Source: Chrysomallon squamiferum (Eukaryota; Animalia; Mollusca). Taken from it: a stretch of 64,000 bases of DNA. Of this stretch, positions 24,791-39,452 are shown in pieces. The notes under the pieces are model-generated. The model made no database searches and was not told the DNA's origin. It saw only the letters and a list, made by a program, of their open reading frames with translations. A program made the translations under genes and the position numbers. The DNA is taken from assembly GCA_012295275.1 (NCBI GenBank), contig CM022672.1:27032001-27096000 (forward strand), in the 5' to 3' direction. The stretch's first letter is position 1. Each line of letters opens with the position of its first letter.

Positions 24791-25314
24791 AACGAATGGA
24801 AGTTACACAGCAGTTTCTGAGTTATCTGATAACAGCATTCAAATCAGACAGAAACTCTGAACAATAAAGAATGAAAAAAAAAAAAGCCATTTGTATACTT
24901 AAATACAGCTTTTATTCAATATCTTTTTCTAAGCAATAGGTGTGTAAATCTAACGTCCTTTTCTCAAATGGATTCTATTTTAGTGTTGCTGTATAATTCT
25001 AGTTCTATCTTGTGTTCTAAATGCAGCATGTAACAACAGAATTGCTATTAACTCGTGTTGCATATATCTAATTGGCTTTTCCCCCTGAAAAGCAATTCAT
25101 GTAAAAATTTCATCCATAAAAGAAATCACATTACAAAGTATTATTATCATTTTCTATATTTATGCTCCAGGAGAAACATGATTTTCTTTCTTCTTTTTTT
25201 CCAATTTAAATTAATTGTATCATTTTGATTTGTTTTGATTTTGATTTTTTTATATATACCATAAAAAAAAAATATAAAAAGAAGATAAATATAATAATGA
25301 TAATAAAAAAAAAA

Positions 25315-25356
<42 letters not shown>

Positions 25357-25415
25357 GAATTCCAGAAAAAAAATCAGTATGTCCCCATTTAATTATGTAT
25401 ATATAACATATTTAA

Positions 25416-25451
<36 letters not shown>

Positions 25452-26299
25452 ATACATACATACATATATATATATATATAAGATTACTTTAATACCGTGA
25501 AAACTGAATAATATTATAAGCTAACAATGCTGAAAATCTGGTTTATTTAAAACGACTCTAACAATTTGAAGTACAAAAATGTCTGGTAAATTAATACATG
25601 CATGTTTTATATAAAAAAAACTGAAGCTAAGCATGCTATCTTTAGCATATAACAGAATACAACACTACAACAAAATATCCTTGCAGCAGAAGACAGTGCA
25701 TTTTTTGTGATGACATAATGTTTGAAATAACAAATAACAGAAAATTCATAAATAAATATCTGAACATCAGTTAAGATAAAATATCTGAATTATTATTTTT
25801 TTTTCTATTTGAATCCTCAATGAAATTTTATTTTATGGTAAATTCATAATTCTTGTTTTCTTTTGGAGAAAGTTAAGGGCTATAACTAGAAAGGTTGTTT
25901 TAATATTATTTAAATCCAGTCCAGGCAGTCTTAAAGAGCCATTTTCTAAACTCATAATTGTTCATCATGACAACTGCAGTGTGATGAAAATTGAATTAAA
26001 GTCATCAGTTTTGTTTATTTTGGTAAAATTTCTAACAGTGGGGTTCAATTTACAATTTGCATTAAGGGTTTAAAAACAGAAAAAATTAGTGGAGATGAGA
26101 TCATTATTTTCTGATTATGTGCAACTAAGGTTGAATAATCTGGCCTGGCCCAAGGCTACGAGATAACAGGCTTCTTTTTATGTTTTATTAGTTATTCAGC
26201 TACTGTTTGATTATGAAGACATGATTAACTCACATAATTCTTTGTCTTTTCAGTCTGCGAGTGGACAGTAGCTCAGCTGAACAAAACCTGTCACAGATG

Positions 26300-26895
26300 T
26301 GAAACTTATAATACTGAATCTACTGAGGTTATTCTTAGTAAACCTTATGATACTGAATCTACTGAGGTTATTCTTAGTAAACCTTATGATACTGAATCTA
26401 CTGAGGTTATTCTTAGTAAACCTTATGATACTGAATCTACTGAAATTATTCTATGTAAACCTTATAATACTGAATCTACTGAGATTATTCTAAGTAGACC
26501 TTATACTACTGAATCTACTGAAGTTATTCTATGTAAACCTTATAATACTGAATCTACTGAGATTATTCTAAGTAGACCTTATAATACTGAATCTACTGAG
26601 ATTATTCTAAGTAGACCTTTTAATATTGAATCTACTGAGATTATTCTAAGTGAACCTTATAATACTGAACCTGTTGAAATTATTCTAAGTAAACCGTATA
26701 ATATTAAATATACTGATTATTCTAAGTGAACCTAATAATACTAAATCTTTGAAATTATTCTAACTGAACATTTTAACACTGAATCTACTGAAATTAAGTA
26801 AATCTTGTAATATTGAATCTACTGAAATTAAGTAAATCTTGTAATATTGAATCTACTGAAATTATTCTAAGTTAATGTTTAATAATGAATCTGTA
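26300..26895. repeat. 39-bp minisatellite (atactgaatctactgaggttattcttagtaaaccttatg), about 15 copies decaying rightwards
   Basis: Seen directly; the first copies are identical. Confidence 0.95.
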
Positions 26896-27589
26896 GAGAT
26901 GTTTCTCTTTCAGGGAATGGCCCTGTAATTTGTTGTTTATTCAGAAGCCATAATATGCATTATCCTGTTGACACAAGCTTCATATTCCTTGTTACTATCC
27001 TAAACTGTATTCCAAAATCAATTCTATCAAGAATTTTATAACAGAGTAAAACAAATCCTGATTTTTATACCAAGATAATTATATTGTTTTCTCTTGGTTT
27101 TTTAAATTGATTTTCTATCATTTAATTTTAATAGTTCATTTTAAATCTAAAAAAAAAATAATAATAATAAAAAATAAAAAAAAGATTAAAAAAAAGATAA
27201 TATAAAAAAATTCTCGCAGTGCTATAGATTTTTGCTCAGAGCATGGACATTAAACACATTTACACTCTGAAGGCAAACTGCAAGTTGAAATGCAGGCGCG
27301 GTGTAAAAACGACAGCCTGCAGTGACAAATTGACCTTTACCTTACAGAGCAGCATCGGCCCAATGATCTCCTTGTGCTGTTGTAAATCCTTCTTGATGCT
27401 TCTATTTTAGTTCTACATGAGAGCGTAATGAACTCTAATACAGTTCCAGAGTTACAGAGAGAAGAATTTTCAAGAAAATGGTATTAATTATCCATCTTCT
27501 TCTCAGCAAAAACACAAACAGATCTTTGATATTAAATAACGAATCATATGCATCTCAGTGATAAATCACTTAACTAAAAAAAAAAAAAT

Positions 27590-27846
27590 ACCAGGATCAA
27601 TTCTCCCTGCTATACCCTAAAGCTATTTATACCATTCTACTCATGGCCTCAAAAATGATTCATCAAAGACTCTTTTTGCCTGTCTATGGAAAGTGCATAC
27701 TAAAGATTCCTTGTTGCTGATCTGTGAGAATACACTGTGGTGTTGTATCAATAAGTTTCTTTTATAAATATACCATTACAAAAATCACTAGATTTATTTC
27801 TGATAGCCATTAATAATTAAATGTGTTGAGGGGGTTATTAAACAAA
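27590..27846 (+). mobile_element. Decayed SINE-like dispersed repeat (most complete copy in the window)
   Basis: aggatcaattc...atcaaag...cctgtctatggaaagtgcatactaaagattccttgttgctgatc...atagcc...aaatgtgttgagggggttattaaacaaa; shares blocks with other copies in the window. Confidence 0.6.
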
Positions 27847-28344
27847 TATGGATTTATTAATTACAGGAAGAATGATCTAATTTGTTTTAATTAGCCAACA
27901 GGTCAAATTCATCCTTACATTAAAGAAACATTTTGGATGCTGAAATATTTTCTAAAAATAAAGTAAGTATTAAGTAAAACTCATATAGAATATATATAGT
28001 ATTAAAAAGCTTTAAACATAATACAGGTAAGTGTTAAATATTAAAATGTGTGTAAGTAGCAAGTAAGACATAAACAGTATATATATAGCAGTTTATAAGA
28101 AAGGTTTCAACATTTGATATAGGGTTATGCACATTTAAAAATGATAAAAATAAGATTATTATCCTGATTACATAATGATGAGTAACATTTAAATCTTCCT
28201 CAGAGAACACATGGGCTATTTCCAGTTCAAACCTTCAACAAAAAGTCTGTGGTATTAGTATACTGTCTGTGAGAAGGTGCATATAGATGAGACTTTGCTG
28301 TTAAATGAGTGGTCTTTGGAGTAATAATTGTTCAATTTTAGTCT

Positions 28345-28620
28345 CATAATATTACTAATACTAGTAATAATAATAATAATAACAACAACATCATCAACAA
28401 CAACAGTAGCAGCAATAATAATAATAATAACAGTAGTAGTATTAATAATAGTAATAGTAATAATAACAGATAAAGTAGTATTGGTTGTTTTTGTTGTTAT
28501 TGTAGTTATAGCAGTAGTAGTAATATTGATAATAGTAATAGAAATAATAAAAGCTAAAGTAGTAGTTGTTGTTCTAGTTATAGTAGAGTAGTAGTAGTAG
28601 TAATAATAATAATAAAATAA
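28345..28620. repeat. Compound trinucleotide microsatellite (AAT/AGT/AAC)
   Basis: Seen directly; explains the low-complexity ORFs on both strands. Confidence 0.9.
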
Positions 28621-29189
28621 ATATTCATTCAGTGCTCTGAAATGATTAATTTTCAAAATTTATCAACATTAAAAAAAAATATTTTATTTCCAATAATAAC
28701 AGCTACAAACAACCTGATTAAGAAAGCGAAATTTAAAGGTAAAATTTAGAATATCGTTAGTCATTTAAGACTAAATCAGCACTTAATACTTAATAGTAAA
28801 AAAAAAAATCCAAAAAACCTATACTTACACTCAAAGTCTGAGCTGAAGCTGTGAGTAATGACTAAAATGTGTTTAGTTTACGTGATATTGTTCTAATCTT
28901 ATTCACCTGTAAGTCACTGCTCAGTATGTGTTCTCTCCTCTTCAGGAAGCTTTCTTTAACTTTTCTGTTTTTTACTTGTTTGCAATTGGCACTATTCTAG
29001 AAGAACTTTCTTGTGCAGGGAAATTCTCCCCAAGATGACTTCGATACACCTGATGAACAGATAAAATGCAGTGCAGCACTGGTACAGTGCCAGGTCTAGG
29101 ATTCAAGCTAGCTTCTTTTTTTTTTACTATTTTATTCAGGTTTTCAAGCCAGTGAGGTTTGGAATCAGCAAATATTTTACTTGGCAAAG

Positions 29190-29530
29190 CATAATGCATA
29201 GCATTTCAAAACTGAAAAAAACAAAACTGAAATAAGATGAAGAAGAACATGTCAGTGTTGAAAATCATTGACATGTCGCAATGCAGAGCATTTCAGAATT
29301 AAAAACAACTGAAATAAGATGATGCAGAGCTCTTCAATATTGAAAAATGTGACACAACATTATTTAGAATGTTTCAATACCAAAACATCTTTTATAACAT
29401 GATGCAGAGCATTTCAAAACAGAGAAATCTGATATTCTATAATGATTAGCATTTCAATGTAGACATTTCAATGTAGATATCTGATATAATATGATGGAAA
29501 GCATTTCAATATTTCAAGCATACAAAATAA
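29190..29530. repeat. Degenerate ~40-bp tandem repeat (gatgcagagcatttcaa..ctgaaa)
   Basis: The agcatttca core recurs about 8 times. Confidence 0.65.
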
Positions 29531-31131
29531 TGAATGACATTTTACTCCAAAGGCTTCAAATATTATGATGCCTAATATTTCAGCACTGGGGATAAATAAT
29601 TGAACTCACAATAACAATCATTTGTCTTCTATTTAAAATAAAACATGATATCTTATCAGGAAACACTACCTGAAGACTTCATCACAAATTTTAATAAAGT
29701 TTTATTCATGGACACCAAAATAAACAGTAATATTTTATGATTCTTCAGATTATTTCTAATTCAAGCCATTATTCCAAGACTTTATAATGGGAAGATGCTT
29801 ATTAAAGATTTTGTAGTGTTTATTGCTTCAATAAGCCAATTACTTGCATTCCACTCTCTCACCTCTCCCAAACATCCCCCACAGATTGAATAGTTCAAAG
29901 AAAGAAAACAAAGGTATGATGAACAGGAAAATATCAGAGATTCTCTGACATGTATATATATCAACTCATTATTTTGTGAAGCGTTTTTCAAAGTAAAATG
30001 TGCTTGTCTGTGCAGTCTAAAACTCTATTATTATCTGTATTAATGTCAAACAAACAAGTTAGCTTGTGAACACCAGCTGATATTTACAGCCTCAGTGATG
30101 TGAGAAATTCCACTCAATGCAACCTGTTACCACATGTTCAATGGTTTAGAATTTTCATGTACAATAATTCCTGTAAGAACTTTTATATGTACATACAATG
30201 GTAAGAATATATTTCTCTGTAAGTATGTATGTTTGTATGTATGTACATGTGTATCTTTGTAAATATTTACATATATGTACGTGTGTATGTGTGTGTATAT
30301 GTGTGTGTATATGTGCCTGCCTCTCTATCTGTCTATAGAGATGTCATGCTTATGTCTATCTAACAGAAAACTGCAAATAATGAAGCACTGTTTGAAATGT
30401 AAAGTTTTGCAAATGATGCCACTGAAGGAAACTGATTCTGTGTTGCTTCATGCCTCAGCTAACATATTTGCTCCAGAGCTACAATCCATTCTTCTGTTGA
30501 AAGACTGAATGATCTTCATAAAGAAATACAGTAATATTGGCTTTCTTATCAACGTTGACATCCTTGGCCAAGATGTTTTCACTGAAATACTGTGTCTAAA
30601 ATTGCTACGACACTTTAGTCCCAGACCAGATAGAATTAAACATTTTTCCATTAGCAACAGATCCAAATTCATGTCTAGCGGTGGGCAAAATGGAATGAAT
30701 TTGATGTAAATGCATACTGATCACCACTCAGCCTTGGACTGAAAACAAATTAAGTTTCTTAAAAGTCTGTCAGATAAGCACTGGGGATTAAGAGTTTCCA
30801 TTTCGAAAATAAGCTCCAGTGAATAATGGTCTACATCTTGCATAAGCAAGGATGGTTAGGAACGTCTGAATATTTGAAAAAATTAAAAGGATTAGGAGTA
30901 CACATGTCTCGTGGATAATCTCTGATGATTTGCTATCTCTAAGCAAAGATGTTTTCATTAAATATATCATGTTATAGTAGTGTTTTAAAGAATGAGAGAG
31001 TCTGTCAAATAAGAGAACAGGATAAAATCTGTCTCTTAAAATTCATAAGCTCTGAAGATTGACGCAATCTCTCAGATAACTTTTGAGGATTATAATAACC
31101 TCAGAAGATAAAGTATGAGAGATAAAAATAT

Positions 31132-31975
31132 ATTTTATAAATAAGTTATGACATAAGAATGTCTTATAAATAAGTTATGACGGTAAAGTCTTATAAATAA
31201 GCCACAACATAAGAATGTCTTATAAATAAGCAACATAAGATAAGAATATATCTTATAAATAAGACATGACATAAGAATGTCTTTATAAATAGTCTTTATA
31301 TTATCATATAAATAAGATATGACATAAGGGTGTCTTATAAATAATCTATTATGTAAGAATGTCATATAAATAAGCTACAGAAGATAAGAATAAGCTATGA
31401 CATAAGAATGTCTTATAAACAAGCTATGACATAAGAATGTCTTATAAACAAGCTGTCACATAAGAATGTCTTATAAATAAGTTATGACAGTAATGTCTTA
31501 TAAATAAGCAACATAAGATAAGAATATATCTTATAAATAAGACATGACATAAGAGTGTCTTATAAATAAGGTACAACATAAGAATGTCTTATAAATAAGC
31601 TACAGAAGATAAGAATATGTCTAATAAATAAGTCATGGCATAAGAATGTCTTTATAAATAAGTTATGAAGTAAGAATGTCTTTATAAATAAGCTTTAGAA
31701 GATAATATTATCTTATAAATAAGTTATGACATAAGAATGTCTTATATATAAGCTATAGAAGATAATATTATCTTTTAAATAAGTTATGACCTAAGAATAT
31801 CTTATAAATAATCTATCATATAAGAATGTCTTATAAATAAACTACAGAAGATAAGAATATGTTTTATAAATAAGTCATGACATAAGAATGTCTTGATAAA
31901 TAAGCTACAGAAGATAGATAATAGTATCTTATAAATAAGTTATAATATAAGAATGTCTTATAAATAAGCTATAAA
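31132..31975. repeat. ~29-32-bp minisatellite with two interspersed unit types (ataaataagttatgacataagaatgtctt / ataaataagctacagaagataagaatatgtct)
   Basis: Seen directly, roughly 28 units. Confidence 0.93.
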
Positions 31976-32273
31976 TAAAAACAAATTAATTGATCAACTA
32001 TACTGATTTTCATCACATAACCAGTTATAAAAACTGTCTAATGATTATTATATGCATATATATATATATGAAAAAAAAATAAAATAATTTCTTACTACAT
32101 ACTGTTGACCTAATATAGGTAATTTAGTTTTGATATCAAAAGAAAATGTTTCAGACATACTTATCATGGGTATGCACTGTCTCTGAATATTCTGTGCATG
32201 AACAGAACACGTTACAATGAAAATGAAGCAAAACTGCAAGTTTATAAATATAAACATAACCACCTGCTTCTTC

Positions 32274-32471
32274 TTTGACGTGTGTTGCTTGCTAGTCATC
32301 AAATGTAAAGGCTAGTACAGATGGAATTACCAAGCAACAGTGGAAAGTACCTAAAAGCTGTCAGATTTGTAAATTAATGCTAATTTAATCAGTCTAGACA
32401 AAAAGGGGATTGATTCAGAATGAAATCCAGAAGAAATATGATCCCAGCAGAGGATGATCACCTTTCAGATT
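32274..32471 (+). repeat. 198-bp dispersed direct repeat, copy 1 (copy 2 at 42384-42581)
   Basis: Ungapped alignment by eye, about 10 mismatches. Confidence 0.95.
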
Positions 32472-32519
32472 TTTATGAAGAATATTTTCAATTTGCTCTT
32501 TTATAAACAGTCTGTAGTA

Positions 32520-32540
32520 TTTTATTATTGTTGTTTTCAT

Positions 32541-32587
<47 letters not shown>

Positions 32588-32686
32588 TTACTACTACTAT
32601 TACTACTACTACTACTACTGCTGTTATTATTATTACTACTACTACTACTATTATTATTATTATTATTATTATAATTATTATTATTG

Positions 32687-32721
<35 letters not shown>

Positions 32722-32870
32722 TGTATTTTTGTTGTTGTTGTTGTTGTTAATTGAAATACTTGGTTATTGTTTTATGATAAAGCTAGAATAAATCAGGGCA
32801 ACTGAAAATTCACTATCATAAAGTATTAGAACCAGTTCAATACCTTAAAATAATAATAGTAATGATGATG

Positions 32871-32923
<53 letters not shown>

Positions 32924-33063
32924 CACAATCATAATAATAAATTAATATATAAAAATAATAGCAAAAACAGTAATAATATAATAAAAAATAGTTTTTTGAA
33001 AATCATAAAAAATACAAAACTATTAAGAAAACAAATTAATAATAATAATAATTAATAACAAAG

Positions 33064-33107
<44 letters not shown>

Positions 33108-33110
33108 TAT
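32520..33110. repeat. Compound (TAC)n/(TAT)n/(TGT)n then (AAT)n microsatellites
   Basis: Seen directly; source of the poly-Tyr pseudo-ORF. Confidence 0.92.
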
Positions 33111-34077
33111 CACGAAATTAATCAAACTAATCATTTTTTTAAATGTTTCTCACATGCTTTTAATATTCTGCCTATGAATGAAAAAAGATATAAGAATATG
33201 AAGCAAAACTACAACAAATGTATACATGTAAATATAACCAAGTTGTTGATGTTAGCATTGATTGAAATTAAAAATGAATGGTGTTTTACTTGGATAATGG
33301 CAATTTCTGTTAGAAACACTAACCACAGAATTCACATCAAACCACATGAGTAATTGCTTTTAACAAACTAGCTATGACTTGCCAAAGATCTCATGTTAGT
33401 TTACTTGCCCTGGATGCTGTGTTTTGCATGGTCAGTTTCTGTTATTTTATATTGGTAGAATGTAGCTATGTATAAGCCAATGCTCTAAAATAAAAAAATA
33501 AAAAAAATAATAATACTATAAAAATAAAAAAAATAAAATTCTTTTATTTATTCTTAGTTATTTTTTTCTATATAATATAAATACTGCTTACAAATAATAA
33601 TAATAATGTTTTTTGAAAACCTGACTTATTTAATAATTATGAAACAAAGTAGAGTATTAAAATAGAGAGTTTCCTATGGAAAAATAAATGGCATTCATCT
33701 AATCCGTACATGTCCTTTAGATAACTGAACTAATGTGTCATATGTTATTATTATCATTATTACTTTTTTAAGTAAAAAAAAATAAAAAAATGATAACTTT
33801 TTTCAAAAATGCCATAAATTAAAACTCCTTAATGAAGTATATGGATGATTACTGTTTGACCTTGATTTACATTTTACTTTTTAATAAAAAATGTTTTCTC
33901 TTGTTTACTGTATCTGAGTAATTAATGCCTTTTTTATGAATATCTATAAATCAACAACAAACAAAGAAGTAAACTGTGAGATTAAAAGTTTAATGGCTTT
34001 TTTCTTTGCCTTTTTTCCCTTTTGTTTATGAGAATACCAAGACAAATTAAATGAATATATGCTAGAAATATACATAA

Positions 34078-34157
<80 letters not shown>

Positions 34158-37100
34158 TATACACATATAAAATAATTTCTCATCAAAATAAAATATTTAT
34201 GAAATTACTGTGTTGAATTAGAGAATGAATATTTGATGATACTCAACACATTATATATTAATGGTTATTAGTTTCGTGGTTTTGTAATGATAGCATGAGA
34301 GGAAAGTAATCTCATTGTGAATTCTGTTACCTAAAATCTTTTCTGTTGTTTTCCTAGAGACAGGACAGCATGCAGCTGGTACACAGAACAAATTCTTAAC
34401 TTTATACATCAGAGTACTGTGACTAGTTTTGATAATGTGGTGAGAGTGTTTGAGATTTAGTTTGTATGCTCTAACGAGTCATACCTCAATTTTCAGTGTC
34501 TGTATAGTGATATCAAAATAGCACAGACAATGTAAGCTGGGTTTTTTTTATTGTTCTGTGTAGATATACTAAAATAGTTAATACAAAAACTTTTGTATAA
34601 AAAACCTGATTAAAAAAAGGAAATTCACACATACACACACATATATGTGTGGGTATATAGATAGGTAGATATAAATACACATACATGCACACATCTGTGT
34701 AGATAGATAGAGAGATATATATACACATACACATAGACTAAAATGGATATTGCATCAGACATACCAAAAACACAAAACAATGCTGGAACATCTAGCAGGA
34801 TCATTGTTCTACACATACTTATGTAATACACATTATTTTTTTTGCAACACAAAAAGTATCTACACTAACATTCCAGTCCAACTAAAAAATATATATATAT
34901 ATGCTTACTGTAATTTTTTTTTTCATAGCCAAAATGTCAGAGAAATGAATAAGTTAAAATCAGTGCCAAAAAAGTATTCTATTCAACTTCTCATGTAACA
35001 AATAATGTGATAAACAAAAGCAAAAAATTAGTAATTTTCCACATGTTTTTGAAAAGAAAAAGAAAAGAATCATGTAAAGATCAACCAGAACATTTTCCTG
35101 CTTTCGTGACTATTACAAGACTTTTTTTTTTGTAATAACTAAATGAAGAGATCCTTTACCATAATTAAAACTCAGTGTTCATTATGTGATATAACATGAA
35201 AGAAGTTTAACTTCCTTTTAATGTAACACTTAACATATACTCAACCACAAAATCTGACAGTTAAAACACAATGCACATTATCTGATGTTACATGAAAGAA
35301 ATTAATTTTAGCTTTAATGTAGACTACAATAACCATATTTAACCACAAGATACAACAAATGTTTTAATTTTAGAGATGAAAGAAACCAGTGTTTTCCAGT
35401 TTAGAAGATCATAAACTTCCCTGTCATTCTACACATTATTTTTAATGGTTTATCACAGAGAACTTTTTACTGCACTCAGCTGAAGTAATGTAATTTCAAA
35501 CAACCTAAGACAATGGCCGTATCATGCTTTGGCTGTTAATGGTTATTTATTTACTCTTTGCTAAGAGTATACACAGTGAAAACAGACAGTGGTGTGCCTG
35601 ACAGTCAGCTGTAAGAGATGTTTTATTTACAAGCTGTCTCAGTGGGAATGTGATGGCAGCAAGAGTGAAAACAGGAACTGGAATGGAAAACATCCAGGCA
35701 TCTCACAAAGCCTGACTAATTCTACCCCAGTCTGGACGTGCATGAACTGACATCACGTATTTAGACGTTTATCTTTGTATGTTCATAGATACAACTGTAA
35801 ACAATAACAGAAATTTCTTATTTTTTTAACAAAAAGGAGTGAATTTGTGTCCATTTAACATACCTGAACATATTTTAATATTAACAGTTACTTGTTTTCA
35901 AATAGTTTTGTTTTGTTGTTTTTGTTTCAGTTTTTTTTTTTTTTTTTTATTAATGATGACTCTTGAAAAAGGAAACATATCCATTTCTCAGGGGTTTTTT
36001 GGGGGGGGGATTTAATTTATTCATTATAATTTTTATATAAAATGTATAATTTGGATCATTGCATTCAATAATAAAGTCTTTAAAATGTAAAATCTGGATC
36101 ATTACACTGTATAATACAAATGTTTGAAGGATATAATTTAGATCAGTATACTTAATATAGTTAAATTCAAGGATAAATGATTTTTTTTCTAAAATCTTTA
36201 TTAGCTGTATTTTTCATTTCTCTCTCTAACAACTGGAGACTGTAAGACACAAATCTGTCTTCTCAGACACAGACACCCAAGTTTAGCAATTTAGTCACCA
36301 TTTTACAGGACAAGTCACATAGATTTTAACTACTTAGTCCAGCACACTCTGAAACATTATCTAATAAAACACACCAATTTCAGCCGGAAACCTAGTTACT
36401 AATGGCAACTGGCGAACTCGTTTCAACGTTACAACACTTGGTGGGCAATGGAAACAGAGAGTTGAATACAGATTTGTTGGTTAACAGTGTGTAATGATTG
36501 CAAAAGCATGTTGGTGGATGTAGAAGATGACAAAACAGAATGCAATGAATATCTCAGCCTTTCAGCCACTGGAATGCTTTTAGCCAAAATGGTGATCAGA
36601 GTGAGGAATAAAGGATGCATAAAGGATGGACATTTTTCCTTTTCTTTTTGATAAAGTAATCAGCAGACAAAGCTATTAACTGTTTAAAATTCTTTCTGTT
36701 CTTGACTCATTCAAGTATCTATATTGCCATGCCAACTTCACTCATAGCATCAACGGCTCCTGCCATAAACAACCCACAACAATGGACACTGGTATTGCAG
36801 TGAAGAGAAGATTATAACTACCTGTACATTAATGAAAATAATTTCCTGTCTAGATAGAGAAATAAAGAGATGCAGCAGACAGGCAGTGACTTGAGGTAAT
36901 GATCTGCATGAGGCAATTTGCAGATTAATACACAACCCTGTATATGTCTTTATATATAGATATATAACAAGTTCAAAACATGTTCTTAAGAAATCAATAG
37001 TGCTGTAGTTCATTCACAGATATATGCAGTCTTTCTGGTTGTGTTTGTTACTGTATTTATAAAGCAAAATACTATGATGGTTAAATGTCTTCACCAAAGA

Positions 37101-37870
37101 AGGAATGATGACAAAAACAAATTAGAAATTTCTTATTTCTAACAAATAGCAGTGAATTAAAATTTGTTTAATGACATATTTTGATATTAATGATTGCCAG
37201 ATAGCAAATAAGTTTGTTTCATATATGTATATATATATTATTTTTTGTTAATTTTTTTATTATGCTAACTTCTGAAACAGGAAAGTTTCATTCACTTCTC
37301 AGTTTGCTTGTTGAGTGTTTTTTTTCATGTTTCTTTCTTCCTTCTTTATTTATTTTTCATAAGGGATGTTTTATTTTTTAAATATATTTATTTTAATTAG
37401 ATGATAAAACTTCTAAACCAAAACATTTTTTTTTTACAAATTAAAAATATATGTATTCAAAAAATTTTTAAAATCATAATAATAATTATTATAAGAAAAA
37501 TAAAAACAAATTACTAAAATATGTATGTTTTTTTTTAAGATTCAGGTCACTTTTGCATTAGAGACTTGTACAGTCAATCCTCAATGGAAATCTCTGTGTA
37601 GTTAGTATTTTGACATCTTTCACTAAGGTGTAAAAACCAATTACACTTAGAAACAGTAGCAGTTCTCTTGAGATTTTACAGAAAAATCACTGTATTAGTT
37701 ATTAACTGTATCAGTTATTAACTGTTAACATATCTTCAAAATCTGCTTTGATGTAGAAAACAAAATGTACCTTTTAACACAGCATTCATATAGCACACTG
37801 AATATTAAATATATTGTTTACAAAAAAGATTAAAAGAGGATTTTCAAAATAAAGTTAATCTCTCTCTCTC

Positions 37871-37906
<36 letters not shown>

Positions 37907-38706
37907 GGTGTGTTGTTTTTAACAATTTTAATATCTATGCTAATGTAATATTGCTTTGTGCTAAAAAGACTTTACTGATGTATTTTAACAGGTATTTTCT
38001 TCAAAGGAAAACTAAATATTACTGTTAGCAATAATACATATTTTATAAACATTTTTACACCAACAGGACAGCACATTCCATAACTATTCATCTCCCTGGA
38101 AATAACCAGTGAATCAATGGCTTATACTGAAACTGCAAATATTCATTCCTAGTGAACTACATCACATGCCAGTTTAGTTTGAGCGCTAAAATCAGATTTT
38201 TATTATTTTTAATTTATTATTATTTTTTTATTATTATTATCATTTTTTATTATTTTTAATTAATTTTTTTTTTGAAATTTTTAAAAATTTAAAAATTTTA
38301 TTTAATTTTTAATTTTTTTTTTTTTTTTTTTTTACTTGTTTTTAATTTTTTTTTTTTTGAAATTTTTTTTTTTTTATTATTTACTTTTTGAAATTTTTTT
38401 TTTTTTTTTCTGTGGGTTTTTCTGCATGATTTTGTTTGATGTTCATTTGTCCCTAGCTAACTTTTCATCAAATCTCACACTGAGCCACTGAGAAGGGTGT
38501 TAATAAAGAATTTCTAATTGTAGACATTTTCAATATCAAAGCAGCCTGTTTTACACTGCAGCGATTTCATTAGACTGTCAGCATCTAGGTACAAGATTTC
38601 CTTTGATGCCATCTGTGAATAATTCTCTGAAGAATTTTCTGGTAATTTATTCCACTTGAATTTTCTCAAAAACAATAAGAAAATTAGAAGAGCATGAGAA
38701 ATTAGA

Positions 38707-38761
<55 letters not shown>

Positions 38762-38793
38762 CTAATAATAATAAAAATAATAATAAAAATTAA

Positions 38794-38843
<50 letters not shown>

Positions 38844-39452
38844 TTACAGGAATAGTGTTTTATTTATCTATGACATAATACTGTTTTTCTTGTTTTATAT
38901 TAGAAATTGTACTAAATAAATATTTTGTTTTAAATATAGAGATATTTTAAAGTATTAAAGATATAAAATTGGTAATATAAAGCAACATTCAGAAATTTAT
39001 TTACATGCTAAATAAAAAATAACAATAATAATATAAAAAAACCAGTATTATTCTACCAGCTTTCTAAAACAGTAGTTAGCAATATCAGCAATGACATCTT
39101 TGATTTCTCTGTGAAAGAAAATGTCCTCATTGATTCCTTTACTTGTCAGAACATCCCAAACCTATTCTACAATCAACAGAGGATCTGGCAGGAAAAAAAG
39201 AGATGATTTAGATGCCAATAAAAGAATAATAATGCTCATAAAATGCTACTAACTACGTCAATAATGTGCATTAGTTCAAACATTTTGTATCTTGTGACAA
39301 GCAGATGTGTAAATAAATGTCTTGTGTTTTGCTTAGATATTCAACAGTGTCAAGATTTCCTTACATGATGAATATAAATATATTATGTTTTTACTAATAT
39401 ATTTTCTTTATATATATAGATAGATAGATAGATAAAGTGACAGATAGAGAGA

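Noticed and set aside
32454-32750. Poly-Tyr/Cys ORF
   Set aside because: TAC/TAT trinucleotide microsatellite; no splice or codon evidence.
38195-38410. Nearly pure A/T homopolymer-rich tracts (also 5390-5630 and 63540-63750)
   Set aside because: Decayed simple repeats or poorly polished consensus; no structure to support a function.
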